Of a stretch of 64,000 bases of DNA, positions 38,158 through 51,485 are shown in pieces. The stretch lies in NCBI GenBank assembly GCA_951406725.2, contig OX597822.1, positions 88,226,001 to 88,290,000 of the forward strand, in the 5' to 3' direction. How positions within the stretch are numbered: position 1 is the first letter of the stretch; each line of letters opens with the position of its first letter. The stretch comes from Octopus vulgaris (taxonomy: Eukaryota). The notes under the pieces are model-generated. The model did not search any database. It was not told where the DNA came from and saw only the letters and a list, made by a program, of their open reading frames with translations. A program made the translations under genes and the position numbers.

Positions 38158-39743
38158 ACACAATCCTTTATCTGGAACCCTTGGGGACAATTGTGTTCTG
38201 AATTTGGAATTTTTTTTTATTTCAGAACAAAAGCCAACTGCCACAAACTGTAAACTAGACATTAAAACAGACTTCCTACAATGGTAACAAAAGCACATGC
38301 AAATATACTCATAATCAGTGAGAAAAATAAATATTTATAGAGTAATATACTGGTAAATGAAATAGCAAAATAATTAAGATCACAAATATTAAAATGCATA
38401 TAGTAGGATAATAAAATTATTTTCATAGATGCTCTTCGAGGCTGTAAAGCGGATGTCACATTGGGAGGCAAGTAAATGCTGAAGACATTGCTTTTCACAA
38501 GAAGTTCGGCAGGGGAGATGTGCAGGGCAGTTGTCTAGGAACAATAAAATTTTACAGTTTTCTTCCAGTCCAGTTTGCCTGTAATGAGCTCGTGCTACTG
38601 GTACAAAGTGATTACTGAACCAATGAGAAAATATTTCTTGGGTTACCCATGCTTTCTTGTTTGCATAATAATGCACAGGTAAATTAACTACACCTTTCAG
38701 TCACCCCGGATGTTGGTTTTTTCCAATGACTGCCAACTTCACCTGTGTGTGCCTGCTGCATTAACATTTCCAACAATAGTCAACCTTTCCTTAGCATTCT
38801 TAAAACCTGCCAGTGTTGTTTCATCTGCTGTTGTTAAGATTTTTCTTGGAACATGGAACCAGTACAAAGCTGTTTCATTAGCATTGTAAATTTGTTCAGG
38901 GGAAAGGTTTTCATCAGATGCAATCTTGGCAAATTTGTCTATGTAATTTTCTGCAGCTTCATAATCAGCAGAAGCTTTTTCACCATAGATTTTCTGATAT
39001 TTCACATCATGACATTTCTTAAATTTCTGCAGTCAACCTTCTGAATATTGACACTCTCCTTCAATGTTAAATTCTTTATAATATACTCTCATTTGTTTCA
39101 TGACCAACAAACCATTCAGTGGCATATGTTTCCTTCTTCTTTGTCAAACCCATTCTATCATTACATGGTCAAGGTTTTCATTTTCCACCTTATGTAGTGT
39201 TTTTCTATTTTTCACTAGTTTGTGATCATCACTTTCACTTTAAAACTTCAGTAATTTGTCTTTTTGTTTCTTTAAGTCATACACAGTGCTAGTTCCAACA
39301 CCATATTCTTCAGTGAATTACTGCACAGACACGTCACAATCAAGTTTCTTTAGTAACTCCACTTACTGCGTTATTGATAATGATGTTTTCTTTTCTTTTT
39401 CTCACTGTTATCCATTTGGGTATCTGCTGTTCTTTTTGACATTTTCAGGGTAAATTATTTACAAAGTCACAATAAACAACATGAAGACAGCAAACAGCAA
39501 AAGGACACCTTCTCTCTACGAGTACAGAGCCACATGTGACACTTTGCGGTAAGTGGCAGCCAACCTGCCAAGCATTGCCATGTCATATTTGAGCTGTGTT
39601 TCAGTCTGTTTGAGTAACAGTGGAAATGTAACATAAAGCAAGCACTTGTTTGGAATGAAGGTTAAATGGTAAAAAAAATCTGGCTCTAAAGCAAATATGT
39701 TGAATAGTTCTGACTTTAAAGTACTTGGGATAAAGAACAGGTA
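38158..39743 (-). mobile_element. Decayed pogo/Tigger (jerky/CENP-B-like) transposon
   Basis: EQIYNA(N)ETALYW, KERLT..NAAGTH, YYANKKAWVT..FSHWF, KILLFLDNCPAH, LPPNVTS; ends approximate. Confidence 0.88.
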
Positions 39744-39983
39744 AATCTAAATTTAGTAACAAAAGATAATGTTAGTATCTAGACATGGCATAGATGCAGA
39801 TGTGGCTGTTTGGTCGAGAAGCTTGCTTCCCAACAATGTGGTCTCAGGCTCAGTCCCAGGCCAACCAAAGCTTTGTGATTACATTTGGAGTTATAATAAA
39901 AGACACTTGTTCAAAGCGTCACACAGTAGGCCTAAACCTGTTTGGTTGCTTCTCAACCATACAGCCACACCTGCACCTATATG

Positions 39984-41525
39984 CACAGCATCCCACATTA
40001 TTAAGCAAATCAACATTCTCATAATAGATAAATGTGTATTCATTCAAAACCATTTGTTTTTCCACTGGTTTTTGGCAACACCTACCTGCACACATTCAGT
40101 TGAACTAAATCAGATGTGCGCAGATGCCAACATATGGCGGCCAATTTTGTGATTGGGAAACATTTTCATTGTCACAAATTATTAGGCAAGTATAATAAAA
40201 ATGATAATTTATTTAATTCAACAGTAAAGGTTTAACAAAAAAATTCTTCATAAAGGACTTAATGGTAAACAATATGTTTGAATGAAATAATCATGGGACC
40301 ATGATGTCATACAGCTCTTAATGTTTGATGTATGATCTTCCACATGCAATAACCTTTCTTACGTGCTGATCCATTGAATTTGTCAAGGTGATGATATCCT
40401 TGTGTCATGTTTTGAACAGTAACTACAATAGCATCCCAGGGGGCAACCTTACTTGAAAACTGCTGTCCATCTTGGTATACGCGCTTCTTCAGGACACTCC
40501 ACAGGTTTAAGTCAGGGGAACAAGGTGACCACTCCATCAAACAACCTCCAGAGAAGCCTATTAGAATTCTTCACTGCATGAGATGGGGCATTATCTTGCA
40601 TGAAGACCAGCTTTCTCTTGAATGAAAGTTTTTGCTTTTTGAACCATAGTTGGAAATTGTGCTTTAAGAAAGTAACATATGTTTTTGATGTCATCTTAAT
40701 GCCATCTGGGACTTTCCACAGCCTGACCTCATACAACCAACGATGCCAGCCCAAAACATGACCTCACCTCCCCACTGTTGGTATCTCAAACGATGAGGAC
40801 AGTTCCCACTGATTGATACCCAACCTTTACTCCAGTCATCTGATCCGTCAAGGATAGCACGGCATTTGTCAGTGAACAAAACTGTTGAAAAATCTATCTT
40901 CATGTATTCTTCTGCCTGTTTCAGTCTCTTCTGTTTATGAATAGCCTTCAGAGGGGTTCTTGTAACGAGTTTAACATTCCTGGCTACCTGCTTCAAAAGG
41001 TGACACCTGGTAGTTTTTGATACATCTTCCCTGCCACAATGTTTGAAGACTTCTCTACTTGTCAGACATGGGTTCCGAACAACTTCCATTTTCACATGTG
41101 ACAATGTACAATTTGAAGCAACTCTTGACTTACCCTTATCTGCCCTTGACCAGACAGAAATGGGAGACTACACAAATTTCTTTACTGTTCAGTGATTTCT
41201 TCGCAGTATTTTTGATATGTCTCTGGTTGGTTTTCTTTTTCCAAGCTCTGACCCAATGGTAGACTTCTCATTTGAAGTAAGATCATGTTTCTGGCCCATA
41301 ATGACACTTAAATTGGGCACCTACCTAATAATTTGGGACAACAGAAATGTTGCTGCTACACGATAGTGACCGTCATTTGTTTGTGTTTGCACAGATCCAG
41401 TGTATTTTAAGAGAATGTGCACAGATAGGTGTTACCAACAGTCAGTGGGAAAACAACTGGTTTTGAACAATATACATTTATTTATTGAGAGAAGGTTGAT
41501 TTGCCTAATAATGTGGGATGCAGTG
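39984..41525 (-). mobile_element. Decayed Tc1-like transposon with long IR/DR termini
   Basis: Imperfect inverted repeats of about 200 bp, each with outer and inner ATTATTAGGCAA-like direct repeats; VLFTD(K)CRA, FMQDNAPSH, WSPCSPDLN. Confidence 0.88.
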
Positions 41526-44129
41526 TATGTTAGTGTCAAATAATAACTTAGATATGGAACTTTTAAATCTTAATTTAGTAACAAAATATGTTAGTGACTC
41601 ATAATAACTTAGATTTAGAACAACAGCTAAATCTTAACATAGATGTAGCTATTCATTCTTAATATGTCTGTTAGCTTTGAAAGTGAATATTTGATCACTG
41701 TTATTTTTCATCCTTGGAGAACATCTCCATCCTTTAGATGATGTACATTCATAACACGCTTAGTTTGCTGACATAAGAGGACTTTGAGACACCATAATAT
41801 TTTGACTTTATTGTGTATTTAGTCCATTAAACTAATGATTCTAACAAGAGCCTGTTTATAGCTCGCTTATAGGAATCAGCAAATTATTTGCTGGTGCATA
41901 CTGATGTTTGCCAGACAAATAATGCATGGGATGCACACAGAACAGCAAGAATCTAAACAATATCATATCTATACATTTTTAATATGTTCTGGCAGATTCA
42001 AACATATCTGACCTCTTCTCATTAGTTGATGCATGTTCATAACACACACGGTTCACCAGTGTAAGAGGTCTTTGAGAAACTGCAATGTTTCAACCTAATT
42101 GTGGGTTTCCTCAGACAAAGCTATTCTGCTAGACAGATGACTCTCACAAGAGCAGATGCTCTTGTTTATAAGAATCAGCAAACAAATTATTTACTGGTGA
42201 TTCAATCTAGTTACAAAATATAATGTTAGTGTTTAACAATAATCATTTTGTTAGCTGAGTTACTGGAGAACAATGAGAGGGAGGTTTGTGTGAAGTCTGA
42301 ATCTTTGCCATGATTCCAACTAAAGACTGAAACAGTCAAACAGACTAATCATGACAAAAACACAACATACTATAACACATCCTCTGTCAAAACAATGATT
42401 CCCTTTGCATTGGCTCAAAGTTGTCTCACATTTGTAGAAAAGGAGTGCAATTGACTAAATGTACTCTCATACAAATTTTGTACTAACATTAGACAGATGA
42501 AAGACAAATTTGATTCAAATGGGATCTGAAACCAGTATAAGAAAGCATAATACTAAATACTGTAACAAGACGTTTACTTAAAAAGTCAAATAAAACGGTT
42601 TTCTGTGAAGAAGAAAAGTTTAACGCTTCAGACAGGATCCTTCATCAGAGAGGAAGTATACATAAAATTCCAGATTGTATGACAAAGAGATTTGCCTAAA
42701 ATGATAGACTTTACTTCTGTTTTGTGGTAAACCAATGTATTCCACTTTTCAATGGTTAATACTCACTATCTCTTGATCGCAGTCTAGAAAAGCTTTCTCT
42801 GTGTTTTAATTCTGGCGTTACAGGATAAATATTCTGATGATCTGCCATCTTCTTTGCTACAGTAACAAGATTTCTTCTTAAAATCTAAATTTGTGTGGTG
42901 TAAATAGAGCAATTGTATCAACCTTGCTACATAACTGTTATTTACCTAATTGACTTCACTATAACACAGGTTTTTATTTAATCAATCTGGTGGGTAATTG
43001 GGGGTGAAATAAAGGATGTGAATAATAAAAATAACGAAAATAAATATAAAATACAATATTATTTTGTCTAACACTTAATGGTTTCTGGCCCTTCACACCT
43101 CTTCTCTAACTACTACTACTACTACCGATGCTGCTGCTACTCATTAATATTGATGTAACTAGTTTAATTATGCCTCCTATTAGACCACAATCTGTGGTCT
43201 AAGATAAGGATGCAGTCTTTTTTTTCTTTTGTCCCTTCTATAAAAAATTTTTCCTGCAGTTCATACTTGTCCATACTTTGTATTGAAGACTTTCTGGATA
43301 AGTCTTACAGCACAAAATGAACAGGTTTTTCTGCACTGCATCCACTCCTAGATAAAGGCCTAAGTGTGCTCTCAAATTCTACATTACACTTCCCAAAGTC
43401 CTTATGATAACTAGAACAATCATGACCTTGTTAAATTTGTCCCAACATTTGAGAATTTCATACTTCAAGATGGTATGATACTCTACTTTTTCTTTTCCCT
43501 TTTTCTTGATTCTAGTATCGAATTTATTGTAAGGAGGTGCCCAAGTAATTGGGACTACTGTGAGCTTGTGCTTGTAGGCTGGAGAGCACAGATGGGAGAA
43601 GAGCACCTCTTTCTGGTGCCCTTGGCAGTCACTATGATCCAGGATCAGTAGGGTTCTTTAGTTGCCCTGGGAATTTCGATATTAATTTTGTGGTTAACTG
43701 CTATTGCTTTATTGTTCAAATGTGTACAAGTAAATCTCCACTGTTCTTTGTATTGTCCTAAATATGTTTTTAAATCCTTGTGGCTGAAAATTATTATTGT
43801 TGTTGTTGTTTAGGCGTTGGGCTCTGGCAGAATAGTTAGCATGACAGCTGAAATGCTTAGTGGCATTATGTCTGTCTTTAAATTCCGAGTTCAAATTCTG
43901 CCACGGTCAACATTACATTTCATCCCTTTGGGATTGATGAAATAAGTACTAGTAGAGCACTGGAGTCAATGTAAACAACTAGCCCTCCCCACTCAAAATT
44001 TCAGGCCTTGTGCCTATAACAGAAAGGGGTTGTTGTTGTTGTTAGTAGTGGTAGCAGCAGCAGTAGTAGTAGTAGTAGTAGGCTTATTTTCATTGTGTGC
44101 TCTCATTAATTACCGGACAAAACTCTGTG

Positions 44130-44470
44130 CATTAGATATGTGCAGTGTTTTATTCTAGTCTTATTATTTTTACTGTATTGAAAGTCCTCTATGCAATGTG
44201 TGTGGTGCCTAGCAGTGCTGTTTTCTGTGTGTTACATATATTTGTAAGTACAAGGGTTTGAACTTTTCAGAATATTCTCAAAAACACCTATTATCACAGT
44301 GATTGTTTCTGCTTTCAGGCCCCGCATCTAGGTTACCTCTATTTTAAGATCTTTATATCTAGATAATTTTTCCATTACTTTTCCTGGAGGTCTTTGACAA
44401 CCCATATCTGGTGTATTATCCTTGATTTCCCTGCTTGTGTGTAATGGCATATCCCAGACCACAGTTGCTT
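44130..44470 (-). mobile_element. 3' fragment of a restriction-like-endonuclease non-LTR element (R2/R4/NeSL-like)
   Basis: WDMPLHTSREI..PD..EKLSRYKDLKIEVT and QKTALLGTTHI, typical of RLE C-termini. Confidence 0.6.
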
Positions 44471-44479
44471 TACAAGGTG

Positions 44480-45900
44480 AGGCTGCAGGAAAGAAGGGAA
44501 GAGAGGGGAGAGTAGAAGGATAAGGTATGTAATTTTGGACCATGAATGGATTAGTGCAAGTCAGAAAATATAAGAGGATGCATTTAAACCAAAAGGTGAG
44601 TAAGTTTTGAGAAAGAAGATGAATTTTTGTTCATTCTGGAAGCAAATGGTAGGAGATCCAGTGTTGGAGTCCAAGCCAAAGACTAAGAGGTGTTGGACAG
44701 AATGATCAAAGGAGCAGAAATGTTAAAAGGCAAGCAATCCATTCACAAGTCAGATGTCACTGACGTGCTCTACAAACTCATCAGACAATTCCTGGCCAGT
44801 TTACTCAATTTAGATCAAATCACTGAGAGAATATTAGAGTGCATATATGAAGTTGCTGGAGGTGCATCAGAAGAATTCCTTCCTGTAAAAGGCGCAATAA
44901 TTGGATCCAGTGAGGGTGGTGATGCTGGAAACTAAAGGGCAGGTGTAGCAGTTGGGATGGAAGCAGAAAAGGGATCTAGGAGGAAGTGTAGAGGAACCAA
45001 GAGCAAAAAGGCTGTCTAGGTAACAGGTACGCTTAAAAGAAGGAGTGTATTAGGGGAAAAATGAGAGGTGGCAGGGTCAGACTGGTGGTGACAGAAGAGG
45101 TGGAGGATTGTGCAGTGGAAGGGCAGGGAGGCAAAATTATAGGAAAGGAGAAAGTGGATGTAGTAGGTTGGATTTTGGACATGAGGTGTAAGAGTCAAGG
45201 CATAGTTAATGGCAGGGCATGGATAATGCAGCTTGGATAAGTGGATAATAGTTCAGCCATGTTTTGAGTCTGAGTCTCAAAGTTATGGTTATGGCTACAG
45301 AGGCAGTGAAAACAGAAGAACTGAGAGTAGAGTAGAAGTCAGTAGGTTTGAAGAAAACAGAAATGGAGAGAGTGAGGATGGGATGGTTGATAGAGACAGT
45401 AATGGCAAGAAAATTGAGGGAAGTGTCAGAGACAGAGATGAAATGAAGAGAGGGGTGAAAGGAGATGAGTAAGAGAATGTAAGAGCTTGTCATGAGAGAA
45501 CTGGAAAATGATATAGGACTCAATGTAGCCAACAAATAAGTTGGCATATTTGAGTACCAGTCTTGTATCCATGGCCGCTCCAGAGAACTGTACATTAATT
45601 TCATCAATGGGTAATGCGAACAAATTGAGTTAAATGGAGGATTGAAGAGGTTTTAAGATAAAGAGTAATGTGGAGATTGAGTATTCAGAGGAATGACAGT
45701 ATATAAAATGTTGAAGTCCATGGTGAAAAGAAGGCAGAGGCAACCAGGGGAGGAGGTTATTGTTAGTATCATGTACAGGTAGAGACAATGGGGCAGTCAG
45801 AATTGTTGGGTTTGTGGGTATGTGATGTTTATGGCTAATGACAACTGCTTAAAGAAGTGCAATAGGCTCAAAGTTGTTGGGGCCTGTGGAAGAGGAAAAC
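44480..45900 (-). mobile_element. Highly decayed Penelope-like element
   Basis: Remnants FTMD, QFSGAAM..YANLFVGYIE, FHPSLHF, NFLAI, FFKPTD. Confidence 0.6.
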
Positions 45901-46870
45901 CTTAGGATAACATGGAACAAAATGGTGTGAACTGATCTCAAGATACTGAACCTCACAAAAGTGATGACAAAGAACAATGAATGTGCTGGAGAAACCCACT
46001 CTTTCAGCCTGGGGTTCTCTTGATGAACCAGCCTGCTGCTCTCTCCCTGCTTCCCTTTCTCTCAGGATGCTTTAACTGCATTCACCTTCTGCTCTTCCCG
46101 ACCCTATCACCTCCTTAATTTCCTCTAGCTTTTCTCTCACTGCATTCTCCCAGTAATCCCCTAACCAACTGTCCCTCTTTCTTACACCAACATCAAGGTT
46201 TCCATACAATCTTATGACCTTTCTCTTCCTTTCTGACTCCTCCTCCATGACACACACCCACTACACTCTTAATCTACAATGTCCCACTAACATTGACATC
46301 TCCAGATCCTCATTACTCTTATCTCTTTCCCTGCCTCACCTTCTGCCCATATTTATCCCTTTTAATATGGGATAGTGCTGGATCCACCCTCGACACATCT
46401 ATCACTTTTCTACTCTCTCTCTCTCTTTCACATTAATTTCTTACACTACTTCATTGTCCTACGCCATTTATAAGAATGTAGTGGTGAGATTACTCCCCAC
46501 TACCATATTCTCACAACAATAAATCCGTTCCTTTCTGCTAAAGAATTCATAAGCACACATATAACATCCAAATGTACATCTTCTTCCTCTGATGATATTG
46601 TGCTTATGTCACATTAATGTAAATTTAATGTTTTTGAGCATTAATTGAAACAGCTGTAAGTGAAGATGACCAATTTGCTGTTAATAATAAACAATTATTA
46701 AATTTCTAATCTCCATTTTCTTTTCTTCTTTTAAATGAATATAAACTACGTTTTTATATATACCTATTATTTTAAAGAAATTCATTCCCCCCAAAATACT
46801 AGGTATTGAACCAGTATTTCTTTGGATGAAACTATTCCCTCATGAGGTTTACACACCTCTAATTGAATTT

Positions 46871-46925
<55 letters not shown>

Positions 46926-48284
46926 TAATGTATTTTTTTATCTTTATATACAAACCTAAAATTAGACATTTCTTTGAGTACTGGGCCAAACTGTTTATCT
47001 TAATAGCACGACCTAGTAAAGTCATGATTAAGTCCTGTTCTGTGTCAATATTGCCTACTCAAGTAAGAAGCTGTTGTTGACCAAAATGTACCCAGGCAGT
47101 TTGTTTGGTAGTCTCTAGAGAAATTTTTCCAAATAATGTATAAATGTTACGGGGTTGCTTTTCTTCCTTGATTTGTTTTGGAATATTTAGTAAAATAGGA
47201 CTGGTTGAGGCAAAATAGTTGTGTCGCAATGTGTTTGTGTTCTGTAAGTTTTATATGTGTATAGAACGTAGACTTGGGTGAAATGTTTTTAAATATCAAC
47301 ATATATGGGCAATACTTTTGGAAAGGCCTCCGCCTGTATTTGTTTTTTTTTTTTGGGGGGGGTAGTCTTGCCAGGTGCTCCTCGTCAAGAGGGAGAGAGT
47401 TCTCAATACAAGGTGTAGAGCAACATTTAAACTAAACTGCTGTGTGTGGGCGTGTGTCTGCCTATCAATGCCATTGCATGTGTTGTATCAAAAATATTAG
47501 CGACTGGATGAATATACTTCGCAAAAATAATTATTACGATTGATATCGACTAAAACCCTTTAAAGTTGTCTCTTGAACAGCCGCAGCGCAACGAGTAAAA
47601 TGCAGTGATAGTATATATGTGTAACCTTGGCACTGCCACTGTAGTTAAATCATTTATGCAAAGTGACTTTCATCATTACTTAAACAATGCAAATCAGTAA
47701 TATATTATTATAAAGGTTGTTTAAACAATATATTATTCTGCTTGTACAATATACGAGTCTGTGTCGATCAACCTGCAAGAAACAGCAGCTAAATCACCCC
47801 AAACACTCCCTTATAAACAAATAGGATGTGTACAACAAGATGTACTATATTTAAAAAGATAAAAAAGAAACGATGTGGCAATGGTTGGAATACTTTTGAT
47901 CATGTCTTGCTCGGTGAGGTTGACAGGATTAAACAACAACAGAATATATCGATTCCTTTACATAAGACATCCGATTTAGATGTAGGTGGTCGTTGTCGCG
48001 GGGTAATAAATGATTGTATGGCTTCAATAACAAAACAAATGATGATTTAATTAAATGCAATATAATCCATCAGCAATAATAATTTCATATTTAGAAGGCA
48101 ATGTAAGATAGACTTAACTAGTAAAGACATTTGTAAGAGCTACTGTAAACCCAAAATAACAACATCGCGGAGAATCAAAATAAGCATCCCGATAACAAGA
48201 ATCTTGTCAAGTTCCTTCTCTGCATATTAAGAGGAAAACAACAATACAGATAATAACAAATGAAATAATGAAGAGGGGACTCAC

Positions 48285-48420
48285 CACGACTTTAAATCGT
48301 TAAAAGTCCGACTAAATAAGAGTGTGAAGCAACAACAATGTCAAGGCCTCAGCAGGTTGATGAAGGACAAACGGTGAAGGACGAATGACAAAACAACATT
48401 TGATGCGAAAATTTATTTGA
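48285..48420 (-). other. Candidate non-coding 5' exon of AGL
   Basis: Donor GTG|GTGAGT at 48285/48284 in unique, CpG-containing sequence; the 5' limit is a guess. Confidence 0.35.
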
Positions 48421-49479
48421 AATTACTAACAAAATAACAGTAGCGATAATAATAAATATTCTATAATATAATTTAAAACGTCTAAACTGAAATACATTTC
48501 AAAATAGAAGTTGCTGTTTATTAAATGCGAGATATTTAAATCTGAAACGATGTCTATAACGATGTTTAGCTAGACTTAGATGGTAGGTAGTTACTCTGTG
48601 ATTGCAGTCGTTACCAATGCCTTTAGGGTAATTGTTCAGTTTACGTTCGTAAAAAAAAACAAAAACAAGTAAAAGGATAACTAAATACACTAAAGTATGT
48701 TATCTGATACTTTACTCACTCTTGTTGTCCCTCATTGTCTTTATCTGTTATTTACAACTGAGTTCTAGCGGTACTTAGTACCGTTCTAGCTTTGGAGAAA
48801 ATTATTATTTACTCGAATTATAAAACTATCTATTTGTATCTCTCACACATAATCTGTATTTCTGACTGGTTATCTAGCTATTATTTCTTACTGCTTTCTT
48901 CTTTCCTTTCATAAAACAGACTTGCAGCTAAAAGTACGCCTCAAAAAAGATATAAAATAAACAAGAACTGAGAAAAAACAAAAACTGAAAGTAAAATCAA
49001 AGTTATATTGTCAACAATACGTTTTGATTTAACGAACGTAAACTGAACAATTACCGACTTTATGTATATAAATAGTTGAGTGTCAAAATAATATCCAAGT
49101 GTAAATATCAATTATAATACCGACGAATTACTAGTTATTTCGAGCATTCACACAATCAGCGAAGAATCTTGATCTACCCACCGAGGATAACCTCACCTGC
49201 CATCGATAAAATTAAGTAACAGCAAATGCTGGGTTCGATGGGTTTGACTAGCTACAAACACCTCAAAATGACTAGCTTTGTACCTAAACTAGAAGCAATT
49301 ATTTTACTGGTCTCAGTAACTAGACTACAGCCATGCTGTAGATAACCTTCAAGGATTATACGTCGATCATAACAACCCTCATTATTTCGCTTGGTGTCCT
49401 ATTAATGGAATAGTTAAATTACTGTATATTTTTTTTAAATAACAGAACGGAATACGATACACCAGCTCATAAACAGGCA

Positions 49480-49680
49480 GCTGTGAGTACAAACCATTTC
49501 TTAGACAGAGCACAGAAGCATCGTCAGACGTAGTCACTCGGGCGACTGGAAAATCGCGACACACCCAACTTTATGTTATATCCACTGTGTGTCCTTCACT
49601 GTGGGAACTACGGAAGTGACGGTATTTGATGTTTCATGGTCACACATATATAATACCTCGGCCGCTGCAACAATTACTCT
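49480..49680 (-). promoter_or_regulatory. Candidate AGL promoter/TSS region
   Basis: Local CpG enrichment; adjacent ZNF143/Staf-like (CACTGTGGGAA) and ETS-like (CGGAAGTG) motifs at about 49597-49618; possible weak donor G|GTTTGT at 49495. Motif roles are inferred. Confidence 0.4.
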
Positions 49681-50656
49681 GAAAAGTTTACTGTTTGTGG
49701 TTCCAAGAAATTCCTTTTTACCAAATTGCTTATAATGAATGAAGCCTGTATTGAAAACTATTCAGTTTTCAGATAAAATAGATTTCCTCTCCGTGGCTCA
49801 ACGTTGGTTAGGGTGACCATAAAAAAACTAGACGATTCTCGGATTTTGCATAGAGTATCTTTCTAGACATGTTCTGGCGAGAATTGTGGTCCAACTGTTT
49901 TTAAAAGTTGTCTTATATCGCGTACATTTACCAGCTCGGCTATTTTAAAGACCCCTCATATTATTACTCGTCGTTGACCCGATAATGCGTTCATCTGTAC
50001 TTTTGACTGGGTTCGGTTTTCTTCTGTTAGCTTTCTACTGGCTTTGTTCAACAACCTTTTACATTCTTCAAATCCTGCATTTCATTTAGTGGATTAATTG
50101 CTGTTGTTGTTTAACCTCGGCTAAACCTCGATCGAGCAGACCTATGGTCAAAAGTGACATTCCTGTTTCGTTATTCTCAGACATAGTTTGTCAAGGAATG
50201 CATTATTCAATGTACGGTACCCTCCTTTTTGTTTTTTTAAGACTGGGTTGCAAGTTTACGAATATTTGGCTGCTCTTTCTGGCATGTCCAGCGATACATT
50301 GACACCTTCATTGCCACCGCCACCCCCACCGGATTGCACACCAGTAAAGGCAGTTGGTTGAATAAGTTTGGGCTACATGGTGTAGTAGGTTGATACACAG
50401 CAATAATTAGGACACCATCTGGGAACACAATTACTTCTGTAATCACCTCAGTATGACAGGATAGGGATATTTAACTAACGTTCAACTGGAAAAAAAAACT
50501 TACCGCATATTGTGAGAAGGGAAGACATGAAACATCAAATATGATACGAATAAATTTGATATCGCCGCTCCGGCGTTCTCATTCGAAAACTCACAAGACT
50601 CGCATACATACATTTATACACGTATATACACAAGTCGACATCCGCGTCAGCAAGTA

Positions 50657-50684
50657 TTACATACATACATACTTACATACATAC

Positions 50685-50715
<31 letters not shown>

Positions 50716-50718
50716 CAC

Positions 50719-50749
<31 letters not shown>

Positions 50750-50850
50750 TACATACATACATACATACATACATACATACATACATACATACATACATAC
50801 ATACATACATACATACATACATACATACATACATACATACATACATACCT
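50657..50850. repeat. (TACA)n microsatellite
   Basis: Directly visible. Confidence 0.95.
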
Positions 50851-51014
50851 ATGTGTAGACGTATATACACATAAGTTTAGTAAACATTGAGGAACCAAAT
50901 ACGATTGTAACGTCTCGGTTGAAAATATCGCCCTCAGAATGTATGTGTGTGTGTGTATACACGCACACATAAACGCGGCTCCGGTAGACTTCTGCTGACT
51001 CTTTAAGAAAAAGT

Positions 51015-51319
51015 GGAGGCGCAATGGCCCAGTGGTTAGAGCAGTGGACTCGCAGTTGTAGGATCGCGGTTTCGATTCCCAGACCGGGCGTTGTGAGTGT
51101 TTTTGAACGAAAACACCTAAAGCTCCACGAGGCTCCGGCAGGGGATGGTGGCAATCCCTGCTGTACTCTTTCGCCACAACTTTCTCCCACTCTTTCTTCT
51201 GTTGGCCTGCTCGCTTAGCCAGCGGGGTGGCGTCATTTGAAGGCGAAAACAATGCGAAGCGCATTGTGACCAATGATGTGTAGCAACATCTGATAGCCTG
51301 GTCGGTCACGGTAATCACG

Positions 51320-51323
<4 letters not shown>
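51015..51323 (+). mobile_element. Young tRNA-derived SINE
   Basis: A box TGGCCCAGTGG (51025-51035), B box GGTTTCGATTCC (51068-51079), CpGs retained, tail CACGGTAATCACGGTGA followed by (TA)n. Confidence 0.85.
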
Positions 51324-51372
<49 letters not shown>

Positions 51373-51449
51373 GGCTTAATTTCGATATGAGTACCATATT
51401 TGTCAAATGTATTTGTTTATGTTTCTTAAGAAGATTGTCGCATTCAGTA

Positions 51450-51485
<36 letters not shown>

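Noticed and set aside
42615-42655. Hammerhead-like CTGATGA..GAAGC on minus
   Set aside because: The GAAA core is mutated and the stems pair poorly; at most a dead relic.
46960-47400. Another Penelope remnant (KQPRN, GLN-like words on minus)
   Set aside because: Too degraded to support by eye; needs a tblastn or HMM search.
49191-49200. Splice donor CAG|GTGAGG as an AGL first exon
   Set aside because: It lies within or next to a decayed SINE B-like remnant and has no independent support.
50230-50400. Plus-strand acceptor plus a short Pro-rich frame (possible divergent gene exon)
   Set aside because: The pyrimidine tract and AG belong to a dispersed repeat also seen near 16.7, 28.7, 33.4 and 47.8 kb; no recognisable protein.
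51015-51090. Possible tRNA gene
   Set aside because: A and B boxes are present, but I see no proper acceptor stem or poly-T terminator, and the sequence runs into a SINE body and tail.
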